This document shows positions 14,801 to 26,493 of a stretch of 64,000 nucleotides of DNA, piece by piece. The position numbers and the translations under genes were made by a program. The notes under the pieces were generated by a model. That model was not told the DNA's origin. It saw only the letters and a list, made by a program, of their open reading frames with translations, and made no database searches. The stretch is from Bugula neritina. Taxonomy: Eukaryota; Animalia; Bryozoa. The first letter of the stretch is position 1, and each line of letters starts with the position of its first letter. Where the stretch lies: positions 24,551,504 through 24,615,503 of the forward strand of contig OZ037765.1 in NCBI GenBank assembly GCA_964035545.1, given 5' to 3'.

Positions 14801-16577
14801 TCTAAATAATTTTTAGGTTTTTGTTTGCGTGCTTTTGTGATTAGGGAAAGCTAGACTTTTAAGCTGAGTTTAATTTAAAGAAGCCGGATAAAGATTTTTT
14901 AAGCTTTTAAAACTTTTGAATTGGTTAAATTAAATCAACAATAAGCGATTACGATAAACTAGCGAAAATATTATTTTAATTTTAGTAACAGTTCAACTCT
15001 ACCCAATGCGAGCCTGCCTTGTTTTTTTTAATTAAGCACGATTCAGCCCGGATGTTACCAAATAGGGCGGACATTTGCTGTTAAGGCGTATGGCAATGTG
15101 TGAACAGGGGTTATGATACCACAGACACCAGAGCCAAACGAAAACATCATCAGCATGAGTACAAATTTATTATAAAGCAGTATTGTTTAAGCATGCAACC
15201 CTCAAACAATCCGTAAGTACTGCAAGAATGAAGTGTGTCAAAGATTCCCAAGTATCATTTCCCAAATTTGTGCACATCCATGATTTGTATAAAAATATAT
15301 GTTATCTTCTATAATTTTGCTTTATATGCAGGGACTCTGTTTGCCATATATTTAGGGAGAAATAAACCAAAAACAAGATGCTGAAGAAAGAGCCGGCATA
15401 CTGGCTGAAGCGTTTGATTTTGATATGAACGATGCTCGTAAAATCTGGTGTTTTGGTCCCGATGGTACAGGTGCAAATATGCTTGTAGATGTCACTCGTG
15501 ATGTTCAATGTTTGAGTGAAATTAAAGATAGTGTTGTTGCCGGCTTTCAGGTATAATTATTTTTATCTGCATGTGTAAATAACGTTTTGAGATTGTTTGA
15601 GGTAGGTTATTTGGAAGAAAAATTTATTCTATGCAGCTTATCCATCCTTAATGAAGTTTTAGTGTAGACTGATGTGCAACTTTGCTTTAGCAAGTAACAT
15701 AAATATGCTATATTTTACAGCAGTAATACATTAGTTGTTTCACGAGATTTTATTCGTCATTTTCACAATCATCCACCATTCTGATTAAGTGGGCCACCAA
15801 AGAAGGCGTGCTGTGTGAGGAGAACATGAGAGGTGTCCGGTTTAACATTCATGATGTCACTCTTCACGCTGATGCTATACACAGAGGAGATAGTCAGATC
15901 ATCCCTACCACAAGAAGATGCTTGTATGCCTGTCAGCTGACTGCTCAGCCCAAACTTATGGAGCCTGTGTACCTTTTTGAAATCCAGGTAATGAGTTCTG
16001 CCGCAATGTTGTGCCTATTTGTTATATGTGGATCTGATACGTTCAATTGTTTCAAGATGAAACTGGTTTTGATATCTTTTAACTGAGCCTAATTTAGTTA
16101 TCACTCAGTTCATTTTTTCATCTTCTTTACTTTCAACAAACTATTGTGTAATTGCAGTGTCCTAATGCAGCTGTGGGAGGCATTCATAGTGTTGTGGGCC
16201 AGCGGCGTGGGAAAATTGAGAACGAAAACCAGTTGACTGGCAGCCAGCAAGTGATTTCTGGTTTTTTACCAGTCAATGAGTCCTTTGGTGTGTATGGGTG
16301 TTGTCTATCACTCTTTGTTTGCATTATAGTTAGAAGCAACTGTGAAGAACAAAACTGCATTTCTCGTCCTTTTGTTTTTGTAGGGTTCACATCTGCTGTA
16401 AGAAAAACTACTGGTGGGCAAGCTTTCCCACAGTGTGTGTTCAATCATTGGCAGGCTATGCCCGATGATCCTTTGAAACCATGTTCTAAGTCTGGTGTTG
16501 TAGTTCGTGAAATTAGGGAACGTAAAGGCTTACAAGAACTTGTACCTGCCCTGGAAATTTTTAATGACAAATCATAA
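8892..16577 (+). CDS. EEF2: Eukaryotic elongation factor 2-like, divergent paralog (13 coding exons, frame open throughout)
   Basis: Exons 8892-8894 (ATG|GTAAGT), 9294-9502, 9869-10053, 10556-10764, 10848-11081, 12549-12759, 12995-13232, 13318-13456, 13825-14196, 15356-15550, 15790-15987, 16159-16287, 16384-16577. Motifs [61 protein letters not shown]. Confidence 0.9.
14515..15110. mobile_element. MITE-like insertion in an eEF2 intron
   Basis: Imperfect terminal inverted repeats: CCCCGTTCACCGATTGCC..TACGCCATAACAGCA and TGCTGTTAAGGCGTATGGCAATGTGTGAACAGGGG. A weaker outer inverted repeat lies at ~14425-14471 / ~15150-15195. Confidence 0.55.
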
Positions 16578-17141
16578 TGTTCATGCTGTGCCTGCCATCG
16601 TGCACAAGGAGATGAGTTTCAAAATTCGTTTTCAAAGCACTACTTATTTATTTTATTATATTTGCTTTTCCACAGCTAGTTGTATCATGGATGCGTTGGT
16701 TTATTTATTTATTTAATCAATAAATTAAATCAAAAATTAGATAATGTGGCCCATTTATTTGCCGAAGGTAAATGTGGTGGAGGGAAAGGCCCAGAATCGT
16801 CAGCAACAAGTCAGTCAATTTACATTTTTCTGTGGAGAAGGTTACACTTTTTGTATTGGGATTTTTAACTCACCTATAGTTATCTTCTCTTGTCATTACT
16901 TGTATTAAGGGTGCACAACTCTGTTCAAGTATAATAGTTGGATTGATATAAATGTAGTGGCCTGAATGAATGCAACAAGCATAAAAGAGTGTGTATAAGA
17001 GAGAAAAGTGAGTGAGGATTGTGGACGAAGAATTGAGAAAGGAAAATAAAGATAAAACTCTTGTATATGAACGTAATGAAATGTCTTAGTGAGTGCTAGC
17101 CCACGATCGTAGACTTCAAAGCACCACCGTCTTTCATACAC

Positions 17142-17290
17142 CAGGGTTGGGGTCAATTACATGTGGATGTTCTTAATTTCAATTACAAAAAATTGTCAAT
17201 TATAATTACATGCAGTTGACATAAACGTAATTAATTACAATTACATGTTAATATAATGAATTACAATTACTTTTTGTTCTCATGAGTGAC
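17142..17290 (+). mobile_element. Possible left end of a hAT-type non-autonomous element; no right end seen
   Basis: CAGGGTTGGGGTCAATTAC followed by an array of AATTAC motifs. Confidence 0.4.
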
Positions 17291-17701
17291 AAATAAAAGT
17301 TACATAATCTCACTTCTGACGTCCCAACTGTGGTGGCTCGTGGAGCTACCAGCAGCGTAATAACGGGAAATGTTATTTCCCCCACGGGGTCATAGAGATG
17401 ACCCGAAACAACAAACAACCAATCAGCAGGACTGACAGTTCTTAGTAGTAGCTGCTTCCCGCGATTTAGTTAGTTGAGTTTAGGCTGGTGAACTGTGTAG
17501 ACTGGAATATTGTAATGGATTTCAGTAATGCAATTAATAATTAGTTTATATATCGATCGAAAGGGTCGACTCTATGTTATCTTATTGTGGAGGTCGACTA
17601 CATCGACTCCCAGCCAAAGTACATCTTATGGTCGACAGTGGCACCAATAATACCAGCCAATCACGAAGGACTGTTAATTGATAGCAGGTGGAGCTAGCTA
17701 G

Positions 17702-20640
17702 TGTCAGATCAGAGAATACACAGTACTTTATATTTTTGCAGAGTAGATACTGCACAGCAACTTGATGTATTTACAGAATGATATGCTAATAGTGATTATG
17801 ATTGAAACTTATGGTTTGAATATATGTGCATAGCTTAAAAGCTTTAGTAAAGCAGTGGAAAAGAAACTCAAACTTTATCATGGCCTTGCAAAATTTACTG
17901 GGGTAGACTCCAGCATGGCTTTGCAAAATAATTTACCAGGTATATAGCAATAGTTTTCTACGTAGCAAATACTTATTTTATTGACGAAAAAGGAAAACGA
18001 TAAAACGGATGCACCCTCATTAGGAGGTTTGCATCCTTATAAGGACCGACATCAAGATGGAAAAAAAATGTTTATTTTATGAGATCGGAAATGTTAAGGC
18101 AGTTGCATCTTCATTAAGACCTACATTAAGACTGAGAAAATTATTTGCTAATGTACATAATAGAAATATCAAATAGCCTCATTGCTATGAAGCTTGCAAG
18201 AACTGTGGGAATATTTTCACTAAAAGTTAGAAGTAGAGTTTCTATTAGTTATGTCATAAGTTGTTAAGCTAAAGTGTTGATATATATATCATTATTTTCA
18301 GAAAATTCTTTAAAAGAGCTATATCCTTGATGGAAGACATGATTATACATGTACTGTCCTTTGTGTTTAATTCTTACTTCTGTACTTTACAAGTTATGTC
18401 TCTGAGATATTCTGTCAGCTCTCTAAAATATGGCTTTGGCGATGCTAAGGTTTGTTTGAGATTTCCAGTAAAATGGCTGCTGCAACAGGTTGATGCAATT
18501 ATAAATTCTTATATCTGCTCCACCACGGTATGTAGGCTACAGTCTATCTACAACATCCAAGAAAGAATATAAAGTACATTCGAAATTATATGATACATGA
18601 GGCCCAGTAATTAAGTGAAGTTAAAAGCTCAAATGTACAAGTTTGGAGTAAGTTGAATATTTGGTCTCGCATATAAATTGCTTGATGCATTATTTAATAT
18701 ATGACACATGGTTTTATAGCTTCTTTAGATAATGCAAATGATATTATTTAATAGTGTGGCTTTTAGATAAATAATTGTGTTAGGATAGCACCACATGCCA
18801 TGTTCACGTGTTGAAATTTGTAATATTTACTTAAAGTAAAACATTAATTGATGAACAAAAGGAGATGAATAAAAAGCTGAAACATATGACAGATGCTGTT
18901 CATAAATAGAGATACACATATGTATATGTGTAAATATTTATTTACATTAACATATAGATGATATAATGTTTTAAAGGCTTAATAAATTATTTGACATTGA
19001 TCAGCCCGTTACAAAGGTCAACACGTGAGCATCGGGTGATATATTTTATGATATTAAAGTTTTAAATGTTATTCTTTAGATTAAGAATTACTGTACAATC
19101 AATGGTGATATAAGCCTACAACATACAAGAAATGAGCCAATGATAATAGATCCTTCTTACGTCAATCCCTATCTTAAGCTGTAAAGCTGCCAACATACCT
19201 GGTCAAGTTCTACGTCAGTCTGCCGCCGGTTTTCATTGGCCAGTTATCGTCGGTATCCGTAAAATCTGAACCATTGCCAAGAAGATTTAGTATAAGAGGA
19301 GCCAAATTTCTGAAAATAGAAGAGTATTGGATGGAAATTGGAGGAAGTATTGGATGAAGATATTATAGAAGATAAAAGGCAGCTAAGGACAATCGGAGTA
19401 TAGGAAATATAGTAGCAGTAATAATTATATTAAGTGTTAGAAGGAGCGGCAGGAAAAAGCTGACTGACTAATACAAACACTAACAAATATATTGGTTGCA
19501 GTAAGTAATATTACAACTTCATGCTTAAGGGTATCGCAACTTCTTTTATTATTTGAACTAATAAGTGTATTAATTTTTCTTTTGAAAGCAGCACAAACTT
19601 GTTGAAGAAATTTTGTTTGAATTGATCTATTAATTTCTTTTAAGCAGCATAAATTATTTGAAGAGAAACTGTTGATTTGATTTACTGATTTTAAAGCAGC
19701 ATAAATTTATATTTAAATTGAGAAATTTATTTCTAGTTTACACAAATCTATATTTGGGAAATGTTTGGATTGAGAAAGTATTTGAATTTTTAAAGCTGCA
19801 TAAATTTATATTTGAATTGAGAAATTTGTTTCTAGTCTACACAAATTTACATTGGAGAAATATTTGAATTTTTAAAGCTGCACAAATTTATATTGGGAAA
19901 ATATTTGAATTTTAAAGCTGCACAAATTTATATTTGAAAATTATTTGGATTGAGAAACATTTGAATTCTAAAGCTGCACTAATTTATATTGAAGAATTTA
20001 TGTCAAGACTGCATGAGTCTATGTTAAAGCAAATATTTTATTATTGATGTTTCAACTACAATTCTCATTGTGTATTTAATTCTGTATAAGTCTTTTCTAT
20101 CCCAATTGTCAAACTTAGCTATTTATGTTGCTAGTATAACACAGCAAGATTTCAAAGGGTCGCTAGGACAATCTTTGTTTTGGTTCACTCTTGTAATATT
20201 TTGCTATTGTGATTTGCTTGCTTTGTCATTATCATTAAATAGATATATATATATTATACAACACGCACATAATTATATTATAATTTCAATTCTTCTGGGG
20301 GAGCAAATCCCAAATTTGTCTCACAGAATATTAGCCCGAGTGCTAACCATTACACAATATACATAGAACCGCATATATACATTACTACATGATTTCCAAA
20401 CCATAATATTTGTCGAGCAAAGATAACTCTTATCTTTAATTAATTAACTGCAAAATTATATAGAAATTTTGAAACTAAAAGCTAATGAATAATTTCGCTT
20501 CATTGTAACTGACCAGTCTGACTAAATTAGAAGTTCAATTTCAATTGATTCAAAATTAATAATTTAGCTATATAATTATAAATTACAAAATTTACCCAAA
20601 ATTTATAAAATAATAATATATTTTAAATTTTTGTTCGACA
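17702..20640 (+). mobile_element. 2.9-kb non-coding element with TGTC...GACA ends inserted in the Gypsy 5' LTR (copy 2)
   Basis: Flanked by CTAGCTAG on both sides (17694-17701, 20641-20648). Removing it restores colinearity with the 3' LTR. Homologous to 1-1863. Internal ~38-bp tandem array at ~19580-19990. Confidence 0.85.
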
Positions 20641-20868
20641 CTAGCTAGGTGGAAGCATGCTGAGTAGCTAGGGCAGAGCAGCTTAGGACTTGGTTTAGAG
20701 TAGTTGTGTACATAGTGCTCGGTATTATGTAATCGTATAATTCATGTTAGTAGTAATTCAATTCTTGTATCTTGTAAATAATAAACTTGTTATAACGTAA
20801 ATAACCTGGTGTAGTAACTTTGTATAAGTCGACCCACATAATATAGTGAATTGAGAAATTCACTACAG

Positions 20869-20888
20869 TGGTGGCAGCGGTGGGATTC
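20869..20888 (+). promoter_or_regulatory. Primer-binding site, tRNA-Leu
   Basis: TGGTGGCAGCGGTGGGATTC, one base after the LTR, is complementary to the 3' end of metazoan tRNA-Leu (GAAUCCCACCGCUGCCACCA). Confidence 0.85.
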
Positions 20889-20928
20889 CACTTTGTACAA
20901 ATGCTCCTAGCCAGGGAGTAGAAAGAAG

Positions 20929-21803
20929 ATGGCTGACAAGGACGACGCGCCCGGACAGGAACCTGTAGCAGTAGAGGAGGATCACATAGGCGGCCCAGCG
21001 CTGCCTATGGACAGGTACCACTTGCGGGCTCCCATCTTCTCAGGAGAAGAAGATGTGGAGCAGTTCATCACTGAGTTCAGTGATGTGGCGGCCATCTGCA
21101 GATGGCCGAATAGGGTTACTCTGATCCAGCTACGGTTATGTCTGACAGGGCCGGCTAAACCCTATGGGATAAGCCCGAATGTCGGTGACATATTTGAGGC
21201 ATTGAGAGCTCGGTTTGGATTAACCGCTCAAGGTGCTCGCGTGCAACTCCAGGGGCTTAGGAGAAAAATATTAAGACTAACCTGCGAGAGCATGCGACCG
21301 TAGTCGAAGGGCTGGCACAAGTCGCCTATGGCGACTTGCTTGCTAATAGTCGACAGAGCTTAGCACTGGATGCATTCCTCCAGTCTATTAACAACCTCGG
21401 GTTGAAACAGCATCTGCTGGTGGCTGAGGTTGAGACCATGGAGAGAGCTCTAAGGCTTGGAAATGCCTATTTCCAAGCCGACAGTGCGTGCCGGTCTGGT
21501 ACGACAATACAGCAGGTCAGAGCAGACGACGACGTGTCGACGTCGCCGGCAAAGACAGCTGTAAATGTCACCAAGGCAACAGCCAACGAGCCGACTAGCT
21601 TGACCACAAACCTGGTTCGAGAGTTGCTAGCTGAGATCAGGCAACTACGCCAGCAGTCAACAGCCGAGCGACCCAGAGGGTCGTTGACAGCTGTCGACGA
21701 CAGATGGCGCCCCGTATGCTGGGGCTGTGGTAGGGGTGGGCACTTCATGCGAAGTTGCCCCCATGGTAGAGGGAGGCAGTTAAACGGCAACGGCCCACGG
21801 TAA
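20929..21803 (+). pseudogene. gag: Gypsy gag (frameshift near 21270)
   Basis: APIFSGEEDVEQF capsid-like start and CCHC knuckle CWGCGRGGHFMRSC. Confidence 0.85.
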
Positions 21804-22199
21804 CTTCCGCCAACCGTGGGCCCCGGTTTCACCCTCCAAGGCAGAGGCCAAGGCCCAAACCCCACCGGGTGAGGAGGTCGCCTTCGCCAGAGTGGCAAGC
21901 TCCAAGGAGAGTTAGTAGGCCGCAAGGCCAGCCAAAACCTCCGGCTTGGGCACTCTAAAACCGCTTTGAAGGTTTGCCTGATGAGGGAGTGTACGACGAG
22001 TAGGAGCGAAACAGTGATTTCCCTCGGTTGCCCACACGAGCACCAGTCCGAGAATTCACTCGGCCGCCCGTGTGTGAGCAAGACCGAGATGTAACCTGCT
22101 TGCCCACGCGACGTCGACGACCCCCTCGCAACCGAAAAGCACAGGTGTATCCCCAACTCCATGCACATGAGGTGTCGCCTCAAGAGGCGAACCACTCAG

Positions 22200-25100
22200 T
22201 GAGCGCTCAGCTATATGGAAGCAGTTATTTCCTCCCCAGCAAGCTTGCCGGCAAAGCTGTCACATTCCTGTTGGATACTGGGTACACCACAAACTTACTG
22301 AGTTGGCGTCTATTCTCAGTGCCAGGGACAGGGCTAGCCTAGAACCATATGAAGGGGAGCACGGCACGTTAGCGGACGGGTCATGTATTCCTTTCTATGG
22401 GGTAATTCAGTTGACTGGTAGAGTCCGTGATCAGACGATCAGCGAGGCCTTCATCGTCAGTCAACTCAAAGAGGACGCCATCTTGGGCATGCCATTTCTG
22501 AAGCGACACAGGTGCTACATCGACTTTAACAAGTCGGCGGTAGTGATGGCCGGACGTGAGCTGGCCTGTGTCGACCGATTTGGCCGACCCTTGGTGGGGG
22601 GAGTGCAGGTGGTACAGCGCTGTACTGTACCTGGGCGCTCCCGTGCTACAGTTCGCTGCAGAGTGAACTGTAGGGAAATCTCCGAGCTAGGAGTGGTGGA
22701 AGGTGCACTGGGGGGCGTCCAGCTCGCTAACAGTTTGAATAGACTGGATGAGCGGGGGGAGTTCCTGGTCCAGTGCGTGAATCCTTTCACGGAGCCGGTA
22801 GAATTGCCGGCTGGGTCTCTAGTGAGGAAGTTCCACTCCGTACAGGAGGAGGATGTTGGGCCCGCACTGGAGACAGCGGACGAAGCCCGTGGGGTACTAG
22901 AGACGGCAGGGGGCCGGTGCCTGAACACGTAGCGGAGTTGTACGAGGATGCCTGTGATGGCTGCGAGAGCAAGCAGAAACGCCTGGTGATGGCGCGGCCA
23001 CTCTCCGAGTACAAGGACGTGTATAGTTGCGGCGACCATGACATGGGTCTGACTAGGGCTGTCTGTCATGAGATACTCCTGGCGGCGAAGGCGGCACCGA
23101 TTCAGCAGCCGACCCGCCGGTTAGGTCCTGAGAAAGAAAGAGAAGTGAGCCGACAGGTGCAAGACCTTCTGAACCGGGACCTGATTGAGCCAGGCCATGG
23201 GGCCTGGAGTTCTCCAGTTGTCCTGGTTCGGAAAAAAATGGGAGCCGGAGGTTTTGCGTTGATAATCGCAAGCTAAACAGCGTGACCATTCAGGACGCTT
23301 ACCCTCTCCCTAGGATCGATGAGTCGCTCGATGCCTTAGCTGGTAGCAAGTTCTTCAGTATGTTGGACTTGTTAAGAGGGTATTGGCCGGTGCCCTTGAG
23401 TCCTGAAGCACAGGACAAGGCTGCATTTATTACGGGGGATGGGCTCTGGAAATGGAAGGTGCTGCCATTCGGACTTACGTCTGCACCGGCTACCTTCCAG
23501 CGACTCATGGAGCAGGTCTTGAGTGGGCTACACTGGAAGACCTTGCTCATTTACCTCGATGATGTCATTGTCATCTCCCCCGACTTCGACACACAAGTCA
23601 GTCGACTCAGGGAGGTGTTTGACAGACTTCGAGCTGCTGGTCTGAAGCTCAAGCCCTCTAAGTGTGCGTTACTGCAGCGCCAGGTCTAGTACCTCGGCCA
23701 TGTGGTTGGTCGAGACGGGGTCGCCACTGACCCCGAGAAGGTACGGGCTGTGAGGGACTGGGCTGTTCCTGTCGACCTCCCTGAATTGCGGGCATTCCTG
23801 GGACTGGTAGGGTACTATTGTAAGTACATACCAAACTTCGCAGAAATTGCACAGTCGTTAAATCGACTGACAGCAAAGGGGGTGCGATGGCAGTGGACAC
23901 AGGCCGAGCAGAAGGCATTTGACCACCTGAAGGATTGCCTGGTGGAAGCACCCATCTTGGCGTATCCTGACCCAGCAAAGGAGTACATTTTGGATACTGA
24001 TGCCAGTAACCATAATGTGGGGGCTGTGCTGTCGCAAGTCCAAGATGGTCACGAGGTGGTGGTGGCTTACTATAGCAAAGCCCTGTCGGCGCCTGAAAAG
24101 AACTACTGTTCAACCAAGAGGGAACTCCTGGCAGTAGTCAAGGCGGTCAAATATCTTAGACCATATCTGGATGGGCGTACAATCTGACTACGGACGGGTC
24201 ATGCGTCTTTGATATGGCTGTGTCGAGGGGCTGAACCATCAAGCCAAGTGGCGCGCTGGCTGGAAATTCTGGCAGAGTTTTCTTATCGGATCGAACACCG
24301 ACCCGGTAACAAACAGGGTAATGCCGACGGACTCAGCCGCCGCCAGGCAGATGGGTGTAAGCAATGCCAGAATGTCAAGTGCAGGAATGGTGGACCCCCT
24401 CGCTCGGACGTTGAAGAACAGTTGGGGAAAGCGGGTGTATACAGCTGGGAGGAAGGACAACTTCTGTCCGAATCCTCTAATGAGGCTGGTAACAACCTTC
24501 ACGCAAACCCCACGCTGCTCAGGAACGTCAAGAAGATGTGTCGGCTCCAAGCTACTTTACCAGGGGTGGTAGCTGACCTAGTCCGGGCCAAGAAGGAGGG
24601 ACGGCGGCCGAGTGAGGCTGAGCAGCGGGTGAAGAGTGTAGAGTTTAAATACTTCTGCGACCGCTGGGACTCTCTCCAGTTTAACAGCGATGGGCTGCTG
24701 ACGATAATGTTAGCAGCCGGCACCAATTGCCGTGAACGAGAGAGGGTAGTCTGTCCGTCCGCTCCGAGGTGGGAGTTGATCTGGGACACCCATAAGCAAG
24801 CTCATGCAGGAAATGGACGAGTGACTAGGTGTCTTCAACTCCAGTGGTTTTGGCGCGGTATGACCCGGGATGTCCGACTTCGGGTGCGGAAGTGTGAGGT
24901 AAGCCAAGCTAGTCAGCATGGCCGCTCCACTGAGACCGCAGGGAAGCGTCGCTTCCATGCTGGTCGTCCGTGGCAGGTAGTTGCTGTAGATCTGGTAGGC
25001 CCCATGCCCACAACAGTGAGAGGTAATAACTGGATACTAGTATTAACTGACCATTTCACGCGGTGGGCTGATGCATTATCTATTCCAGATGCGTCGGCCC

Positions 25101-26275
25101 CTCGGTGGCCAGAGCCTTGGATCAGCAGGTATTCTGTTATTTCAGCTTGCCGGAGCAGATACACTCTGATCAAGGCGCCCAGTTTTAGTCGCAACTTATG
25201 AGCGATCTCTGTAAAATGTGGGGGGTAAGCCAGAGTCGGACGACCCTGTATCACCGGCAAGGGAACGGGGTTGTGGAGCGGAACAACCGAATGCTAGGGG
25301 ACTCACTTAGAAGCCTGCTTATCGGTAGGAGCCAGGAAGGGTGGGACTTGGTGTTGCCGCAAATTATGCGAGCTTACCGTAATACCCCTCACTCCAGTAC
25401 ACTGGAGACCCCTAATTTTCTCATGCTGGGGAGAGAAACCTGGGTTCCTGAGCACGTAACCTATCATGTTCCGGCTCCAGAGAGCAACGTCCACGGTCAC
25501 GTGGACGAGCTCGTAAAATGCATGGGGACGGCTCACAAGGTGCTACGTGAGCAGCAATGGCAAGTCAGGAGTGGTGACTCTGATGACTCCCCCCCCCCTT
25601 GTATAAGGTGGGAGACTGGGTCTGGATGACCAGTCATCGCCGGCGGCGCAGACAGGGGGCTAAGTTGCAGCCGAAGGTTTTTATTGCGCGATTAAGGTGA
25701 TGCCTAATGACACATAAAGTGGAACGGTCTGGACAAGTGTCGATCCAGAACGAAGCACGGCTGAAACCTTACTGGGCGAGTCATGATGCAGCAGGTCAAG
25801 CACCTCCTCTCTTAGAGCCCGCTAGACACCTTCCTATGAGGGGGCGAGGCATGGTGTATAAAGAGAAATAGAGGAGATACTGCAAGATCAGGAAGGAGCG
25901 GCCGACGCGCCGCCCGACTCGCCTCCCGACTCGCCTCGGCCACTTCCACTCCAAGAGGAGGAGGCCGACATACTGGAAAACAATTCAGAGCCGGCCCCAC
26001 CACCAGTGGAGCCGGCCGACGGGCCTATCGCCCCGGATAAGATGGCATTTCCTCAAATTCATAAGGAAGGGGCAGCTGGGAGGGGACCACCCGTACTGGT
26101 GGATCCCCCCCGTACTGGCAACACCACCCGTGGTGGAAGGGTCACCAGCAGCAGCAAGTTCCCCAGTAACGTTGGAACGTAGTCAACGTACCAGGGCGCC
26201 ACCATCTTATTTAAGAGACTTCTTGTGCGACTTGGTTGACATGCACAGTATTTTGTAACATGTTGACATGGGCAA
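22200..26275 (+). pseudogene. pol: Gypsy pol (protease, RT, RNase H, integrase) with several frameshifts and stops
   Basis: FLLDTG; PFGLTSAPATFQR and YLDD; DTDAS..GAVLSQ; VAVDLVGP, DHFTRW, NGVVERNNR; C-terminal RSQRTRAPPSYLRDFLC. Confidence 0.92.
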
Positions 26276-26493
26276 AGAAGTCTGGGGGGCGAGGTAATTG
26301 ATAGCATGCTGCCCAGTGGCGGATAGAATAGGTCCGCCGGGGGTCAGCAGAGCAAAGCCAACTAAATAGCGTATAGGGTGTTACATAACCACTCTAGTTG
26401 TGAGCGCTCTTTTCAATTGCAAACAGGCAGCACGTCTTTTTGCAGTGATCAATTTGGCTACTACGAGTCCTAAGAAAACAGATAGCAAACATT

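Noticed and set aside
16288-16383. 32-aa insertion in eEF2 domain V implied by ORF 16152-16577
   Set aside because: It is a 96-nt GT-AG intron that happens to be stop-free; removing it restores VNESFGFT.
19580-19990. CRISPR-like spaced repeats
   Set aside because: Degenerate head-to-tail minisatellite with no unique spacers, in a eukaryotic TE.
18776-20325. Independent solo LTR (TG...CA) nested in the 2.9-kb element
   Set aside because: No clean TSD, and homology with copy 1 runs across its left boundary, so it is integral to the element or was captured before amplification.
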